The notes under the pieces are model-generated. The model was not told the origin of the DNA. It ran no database searches and saw nothing but the letters and a program-made list of their open reading frames with translations. Of a stretch of 64,000 nucleotides of DNA, positions 58,095 to 64,000 are shown piece by piece. This DNA is from Tetramitus jugosus (lineage: Eukaryota; Protista; Heterolobosea), in contig OW569353.1 of the NCBI GenBank assembly GCA_937625935.1, positions 372,001-436,000 on the forward strand, written 5' to 3'. Numbering within the stretch: the first letter of the stretch is position 1; each line of letters starts with the position of its first letter. Position numbers and translations under genes: made by a program.

Positions 58095-59826
58095 ATGTTT
58101 GAAGCTGTGCGTAGAAAAAATTTTTTCCTCAAGGATCGTTCGAGTCAGACATTGTTGCCACCTACGGCAGATGATGCCATGGACGAAGAATTTTCATTCG
58201 ACCTTGTAAAGATCAATAGACACGGCAGTAGACAGAGCAGAACACTTGTTCTCTCACCCAGTGGAATCAAGAACACAAAAGGAAAGAGTTGTAAGTGGTA
58301 TTTTCCAACTGGAGACGTATTTTCGATTGAGAAAGATAAGGCGAGCCCTTCTCGATGCACGATTGGTGTGATACGTTACTATGATTTTCAGTGTGCGTCG
58401 CCTGCAGAGTGCGATCGAGTCATTGAAAAATTTGAGGACCTATTTACGAATTATAAAAAGGCGTCAAAGATGTCCACCAGTGGCAATCATTCCTTTTCAT
58501 TGTCGGCACCGAGAGAAAAGAATGGACGAGTGTCGGTCGATGATTTTGAAGTTGTGAAGCGATTGGGCAAGGGAAGCTTTTCAAACGTTTTTCTCGTCAG
58601 AAAGAAAGATACGAAGCAAATGTTGGCCATGAAGGGTAAGCAGGGAGACACTTGGTTTTTTTTTTCAATGTTTCTATTCCACGTTTTTTTTTCATTGTGC
58701 GCGACGAACGTGAGAGCTCAAAAGCTTTTATCATTATTATTCATTTATTATTCTATTCATTCATTGGGAAATACGATAGTTTTGGACAAGAGCGAGCTAA
58801 AGAGGAGGAATCAAGTGGAGCATACGAACACGGAGAAAAATATATTATCGCAGTACTCGCATCCATTTATTGTCAAATTGTATTATTCGTTTCAGAACCA
58901 TGAAAAGCTGTACATGTGTCTAGAGTATCTGCATGGAGGAGAAATGTTCCAGCATTTAAAGGAAGCAAAGCGTTTCCCCGAAGCACTGTCCAGGTTCTTT
59001 GTGGCCGAAGTTATTTTGGCGCTCGAATTTTTACACAGCAAGGATATTATCTACAGGGATATCAGTATGTGTGCGACTTTTTCTCATTTTGGCTTCCTTT
59101 CTCAGGAGCTTGTGATTGCAATTTTTCATTTGAGCTAACAACAACAACAACGACTAATGATGATGATGTTGACGATGATTAGAACCTGAGAATATTCTTG
59201 TTGGCGCCGATGGTCACTTGAAGCTCACTGATTTTGGTCTGAGCAAGGAAGGAATTACATCTGCCGGTGGAAAGGCCACGGGCACAAAGACAAGAACTTT
59301 TTGCGGCACACCAGACTACTTGGCACCAGAGATTATCAAGGGTATCAGTCACGGAAAGGCTGTCGATTGGTGGGGCATTGGTGTTTTGTTGTTTGAAATG
59401 CTCACTGGTCATCCACCATTCACCGGATCAAATCATAAAGAGCTGTATCAACACATTGTCAGTGATGAAGTAATATTCCCAGAGCATGTACAACAGCCTG
59501 CTCGCTCACTGATACGAGGCTTATTGTGCAAGGAGCCTGAGAACAGACTAGGCAGCAAAACGGCAGCTGAAATCAAGAATCATGAGTTCTTCAGTGGATT
59601 GGACTGGGAGATGGTGTATGAGAAGAAGATTGATCCACCATTTAAGCCTACAAGAGTCGATATTGACGAACATACGGTTGATATGTTAACAAAGGGACGC
59701 AGAAGCAGTGAAATCAACCTGGTTCTGCCTCAGACTGAATGCTCCAATTTGGGTGCCAGCCCTAACTTTACAGGATTCAGTTACATGAATTCGAGTTATC
59801 TGGGCAGTGGTGCAGGTGGAGATTAA
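58095..59826 (+). CDS. AGC Ser/Thr kinase (PKB/SGK/S6K-like) with N-terminal PH-like domain, 3 exons
   Basis: LGKGSFS, AMKVL, YRDIKPEN, DFG, TFCGTPDYLAPE and hydrophobic motif FTGFSY. Introns 58636-58779 and 59065-59182. Confidence 0.92.
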
Positions 59827-59969
59827 CACCCACAACAACACTGTCATACTAAATGATTGTAAAATATCCAAAATCTTTTCTTGAACGACGATTCAGAACT
59901 CAAAAGTCCCAAGTTCCAAACACCAAAAAAAAGATCACAATAACAATTGCAATCTTGACCTCCCCAAGT

Positions 59970-60464
59970 ATGCCCTCTCTAGTAACGAACCTGTCTCCAC
60001 AGCAATTTCAGGAGATGAAGACCATGTTTGAGAAGTATGACAAGAATGCGGATGGTAGCCTTTCGAGAGATGAACTCAAACGTATGATGACTGATTTTAT
60101 GAACAAGGAGACCATTTCAGAAGCAGAACTGGATCGTGCTCTAAATGAAGCAGACGAAAACAAGGATGACCAGATTCACTTCTATGAGTTTGTTGGTGTA
60201 ATGACTGGTAATCGATTCAAAACGGCGTACTCTGATGAGAAATTGAAGCAAGTGTTTGATTGGTTTGATGATGACCATAGTGGTTCGATTGACAAGTTTG
60301 AGTTGTACTTTGCAATGAGAACAATGGGAAAAAAGTATTCCAATCAAGAAGTGGATGATTTGTATAGTAAGTTCGATTGTAATAAGGATGGAGAGTTGTC
60401 ATTCGAGGAATTTAAGAAGTTTGTCAAGGTAGCACTGGGTTCCGACAACATCTCCTTCAAGTAA
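59970..60464 (+). CDS. Calmodulin-like 4-EF-hand protein
   Basis: EF loops DKNADGSLSRDE, DENKDDQIHFYE, DDDHSGSIDKFE and DCNKDGELSFEE; too divergent to be canonical calmodulin. Confidence 0.88.
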   Translation: MPSLVTNLSPQQFQEMKTMFEKYDKNADGSLSRDELKRMMTDFMNKETISEAELDRALNEADENKDDQIHFYEFVGVMTGNRFKTAYSDEKLKQVFDWFDDDHSGSIDKFELYFAMRTMGKKYSNQEVDDLYSKFDCNKDGELSFEEFKKFVKVALGSDNISFK

Positions 60465-60503
60465 ATTATGTTGTAAACATTCTATATCTTCGGCAATGTG
60501 TTT

Positions 60504-62696
60504 TTATAAGTAAACAGAATCTGGTGATGGTAGGGATAGTGGAGAGGTGCTGTAAAGCGAGTCATTATCTTCTGTCAATGCTGAACCTGTGGAGAGAGGA
60601 GACAAAGATCCATTACGAGAAACGACTGAGGAGGAGTAGGGAGATAACGACTTCTGTGCCTGTAGATCGTAGACTCCTGGTAGGGCGTTGGCATATTGAT
60701 CTGAAACGGTAACAGATGGTCTTCTGTTCAGGACAATTCTTGGAATAGTTGGATTGGGTGCCAAGTCATTGGATTCATCGAGTTCAACGGGGGCATTGAT
60801 ATTGGGCGACAATTCCTTGGTTTGTGCTTCTGTAGTACGTTTGTCGTCTAACAGCAATGGACACGCGCTAGAATCACATGTTATAGCTGATGTGCCAATG
60901 TGTGAAGGAGGTCCGTTAGATATTTCAACACTGGAGCTGTTGACTGAAGTTGTCATTGTGATGCTACTCGTTGATGAAATGGCATTATCTGTTGGTGATG
61001 TCTTCTTATGTTGACCTTCATTGAAGTACGCATTAATTTGCTCACTGACTGGTTCGAGACTTGTTTTCAACGTTTCGACAAAGGATAAAGCAACTTGTCT
61101 CCGTAATGCCTTTGCAAACACCTTGGAGGCAATACGAGAGATAATTTTGTGTCTCGACTTCTTGACTTGTACTTGTGTCTTATCGATAAAACACTTGACG
61201 TCGGTCAGTGTCACATAGATGGTGCATCCTTCATTGACAAAAACATTCCAAGACAGTCGGAAATTGAGACCAGTTTCCAAGAGATTCACATCTACTAGTC
61301 CTTCATCCTCTATCTTTGGTGTCTTGTGTCTCATAAAGTAAAACTTCATATCTTCGATGCTCAAGTGAATATTACTTGCGCGAAGCTTAACCTGGCAAAA
61401 AGGAACTGCTTTTTTAACCTGACCATCATCGTGCTTTTCATACGAATTCAATAGGTCCTCTGTCAAATTTTTAAGACGCAAGTCAAATGTATCTGGGAGG
61501 ATATCGGAACCACTTAAAGTACGATGCTCTAATCGAAATTCGTACTTGTCCTTGCTGGCTTCAATCGTAGGAATTGGAATTTGCTCCAAATTTTTCTTCA
61601 CCAATGGAATGATCATCTGTCTCAGATGTTCTTGAGCGATATAGAGACTGGTAATGCATCCTGCTCTCAAACGACTTCCTATTGTTCCTCCATTGTTTTC
61701 TGTTCTGTCGATTGTCGTGCTTGTTACTTCTGAATACTCAATTGATGTGCAAGATGACGAGGTATTGATTTGGTTGGGTGATTCAGTTGACATTGGTTGT
61801 GCTACCATGGGACTAACAGACGCAACAGAACAGTTTTCCATTGCTTCTTGACTATCAGGATTCATATCATTTTCACTTGACACACTATCACATCCATATT
61901 GTATGCTCTTAAGCAACGTGACACACTTTTCCAACAATTCTTGAACTTCTTCCAAATATTCTCCATTTTCAATTAGTGCGTTGAATAACTGGATAAAATA
62001 ATCGCTTGCTTTGTCAATATTTTCATGAATGACGCCTTGATCCTTAGTCAAGCTGCTATAGTAATCATACATGTGCATACACTTGATGATAGAACGTCTC
62101 ATTTCATAAAGGATATCCTTGGCCAAAGTATCTCGGTTCATGTGTGTGAACAGCGCCCAGAAATACCCCTTCAGTACATCGAGTTCGTTATGATCCGTAT
62201 ACTCTCCCAAAATCTGGTACGATTCTCGAATTTGTTCTCTAAAATCGTCAAACTGTTCTTGATGTTTATGTTCATGGGCTGACCTTTCAGTGAATTCATC
62301 CAGGATTACTATGAGATTGTAAACTGCTTTCCTGTACAGCGGAGTTTCAACAAGTTGACGAAAAAAATCATTAGTTCTTTGAACTATTAAATGTGGGTCG
62401 GCAGAATGCTGCTGGGTCTTTTGGCATGCAACTTGAGAGAGAAACACCTGGCAGAATTCACAAAGGAAGAAGCGGAAGTGAGCATCTCGAACAATATAGA
62501 ACACTAAATCCCTTGTAGTATCAAACGTTGCTAGTTGCTTCCTTGCTTTGCGTGTATGGTCCGTGTTTGGTGTTGAATACAAGACTTTGGCTTTCGTGTG
62601 ATCCTTCAATCCGACTTCTTGTTTCTTTTGAGCAGCGACATAAGAGGCGTTCATCTTGTTTATCTCGTGCTTATACGAGGGACTTGGGTCAACCAT
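60504..62696 (-). CDS. HAM1/DUF4449-like protein (putative TULIP/BPI-like lipid-binding fold)
   Basis: IPIPTIEASKDKYEFRLEH...SGSDILP, IEDMKFYF...PKIEDEGLVDV and VKCFIDK...VKKSRHKI resemble the DUF4449/HAM1 C-terminal region. Confidence 0.55.
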   Translation of the reverse strand: MVDPSPSYKHEINKMNASYVAAQKKQEVGLKDHTKAKVLYSTPNTDHTRKARKQLATFDTTRDLVFYIVRDAHFRFFLCEFCQVFLSQVACQKTQQHSADPHLIVQRTNDFFRQLVETPLYRKAVYNLIVILDEFTERSAHEHKHQEQFDDFREQIRESYQILGEYTDHNELDVLKGYFWALFTHMNRDTLAKDILYEMRRSIIKCMHMYDYYSSLTKDQGVIHENIDKASDYFIQLFNALIENGEYLEEVQELLEKCVTLLKSIQYGCDSVSSENDMNPDSQEAMENCSVASVSPMVAQPMSTESPNQINTSSSCTSIEYSEVTSTTIDRTENNGGTIGSRLRAGCITSLYIAQEHLRQMIIPLVKKNLEQIPIPTIEASKDKYEFRLEHRTLSGSDILPDTFDLRLKNLTEDLLNSYEKHDDGQVKKAVPFCQVKLRASNIHLSIEDMKFYFMRHKTPKIEDEGLVDVNLLETGLNFRLSWNVFVNEGCTIYVTLTDVKCFIDKTQVQVKKSRHKIISRIASKVFAKALRRQVALSFVETLKTSLEPVSEQINAYFNEGQHKKTSPTDNAISSTSSITMTTSVNSSSVEISNGPPSHIGTSAITCDSSACPLLLDDKRTTEAQTKELSPNINAPVELDESNDLAPNPTIPRIVLNRRPSVTVSDQYANALPGVYDLQAQKSLSPYSSSVVSRNGSLSPLSTGSALTEDNDSLYSTSPLSLPSPDSVYL

Positions 62697-62931
62697 GATA
62701 AAAATGTTAGTTCTCTTGAAAGAATTACTATATGAGTACTGGTTGCACAAAGGTATGAAATAATAAAGTTTCGCTCTTTGTTCTTTTGGTGGTTATTATG
62801 AAGTTGAGGGGATTTTCTTCAAAGGAATTCCAGAGTGTCATCGCGGAGCTAATGATAGCACTATTTGAAGAAAAAATACAATCGGAAAGCGCGAAATTGT
62901 GAGCTATTTTACAAAATTCCAGGTTCATGTG

Positions 62932-63933
62932 TCAATCCTCGTCGCAACAACTGAAACAAAACAAACACCGATACCATGATTCATCGTAGTGAGAGGAGCT
63001 CTGTTTGCCATGAGATGAAGATAGCAGACCCGTCCGCTCATCAAACTCCATAGATTTCATTGACTGGTTCATCATATTGTTCCTGTTCTGAACAAGATTT
63101 AACATTGTGGATGTCATCATCTTTCGATTGAACGATGTCCTGAACTCCTTAAATGCCGATTTGTCAAACTCTGAGCAAATATCTTTGACCAATTGTTTGC
63201 ATTCACTTCGGAACTGATGATTATGATCACCAATCGACACACAACAGACACAATATCTCTGATCAGAACATAGCTTTGTATAGATATCGTACACTCCAAT
63301 GTGAACGAGCCGCACTTGAAACCGAGTGGGCGTATTGGCACTACTCGTCGTCAATGACCGTGGAGATGACGGTTGACGACGATGATGATACGATGAGGAA
63401 GGTAAAGGCGAATCGAGTACAATCGATGCAGAACTATTGCTCGTTGCATAGCTACTGTTTTTACCACCTTGTTGATCACTGTCAGCCTGTGAATGACTCT
63501 CCAGTGTCGTCACTGCAGGTGGATACGTTTTCTGAGCTGCACTCACAACACTCTTTTTTAGTGTCTGGTTCTCTAGACTAGGGAAATGATAGGGCAACGT
63601 ATTGCACTCAATCACTGTCATGTATGGTTCACTTGATGTCGATGTTGGTCTGATCACCTCTTCGGATTCTCCCGCCAAACCGCTATTGTTATCTACCACA
63701 GCAGTCGGACAATTATCGAGTATGCAACAAAAAATGATACCACGATAGTTTGATGACATGGGACTGCCATTTCCAGTAGTACTACTGAGGCTAGACGATG
63801 AAGCATTGTGTCGTGGAGATGAGATTGACCGTGGTGAATCAATAGATGACGTCGAAGATGATGATGAGCGAGAGTGATAGGACACATTGCTGCTTGTTTT
63901 TCGATGGTGCTGATGTAAGGGTTTTTTGCTCAT
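62932..63933 (-). CDS. Longin-like domain protein without SNARE/TM, Cys-rich C-terminus
   Basis: IIFCCIL...; YDIYTKLCSDQRYCVCCVS...ECKQLVKDICSEF follows a longin pattern; ends CLFCFSCCDED. The start may lie further upstream. Confidence 0.45.
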   Translation of the reverse strand: MSKKPLHQHHRKTSSNVSYHSRSSSSSTSSIDSPRSISSPRHNASSSSLSSTTGNGSPMSSNYRGIIFCCILDNCPTAVVDNNSGLAGESEEVIRPTSTSSEPYMTVIECNTLPYHFPSLENQTLKKSVVSAAQKTYPPAVTTLESHSQADSDQQGGKNSSYATSNSSASIVLDSPLPSSSYHHRRQPSSPRSLTTSSANTPTRFQVRLVHIGVYDIYTKLCSDQRYCVCCVSIGDHNHQFRSECKQLVKDICSEFDKSAFKEFRTSFNRKMMTSTMLNLVQNRNNMMNQSMKSMEFDERTGLLSSSHGKQSSSHYDESWYRCLFCFSCCDED

Positions 63934-64000
63934 TTTTGAAGATGGGAAGAATTCTGTTGTTGTTGCTGTTGTTTTGACCAAACTCCAGAAAAGTATTTCA

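Overview
A gene-dense stretch of a microbial eukaryote nuclear genome, not prokaryotic. It has about 33 protein-coding genes in the standard genetic code, very short intergenic spacers, and short GT-AG spliceosomal introns (mostly 50-150 nt, GTATGT/GTAAGT donors, often a CTAAC-like branch point). The style resembles a free-living protist such as a heterolobosean; this is inference. Many ORFs in the supplied track are exons that I joined by hand. Recognisable genes: Nup160 (3' end), a sphingomyelin/IPC synthase, F-box proteins, XPD, KXD1, Trm82/WDR4, a stand-alone Nup96, G-protein beta, an MPP-alpha/Core2 M16 protein, MED17, CWF19L1, Trm3/TARBP1, an MCPH1-like BRCT protein, SBDS, an Lsm10-like protein, a cellular RNAi-type RdRP, a PTB/hnRNP-L-like protein, a VPS9D1-like protein, calcineurin A, NHE8, two convergent R2R3-MYB paralogues, an AGC kinase, a calmodulin-like protein, a HAM1/DUF4449-like protein and a longin-like protein. 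I saw no tRNA, rRNA, CRISPR array or transposon. No single clear novel system stands out. The best leads are the Nup98-free Nup96, the Lsm10-like gene, the RdRP set among near-abutting convergent gene pairs, a candidate structured RNA at about 19.9 kb, the MYB pair with a shared 14-3-3-type motif, a probably GEF-dead VPS9D1, and a SNARE-less longin. All protein identifications come from remembered motifs, not database searches.
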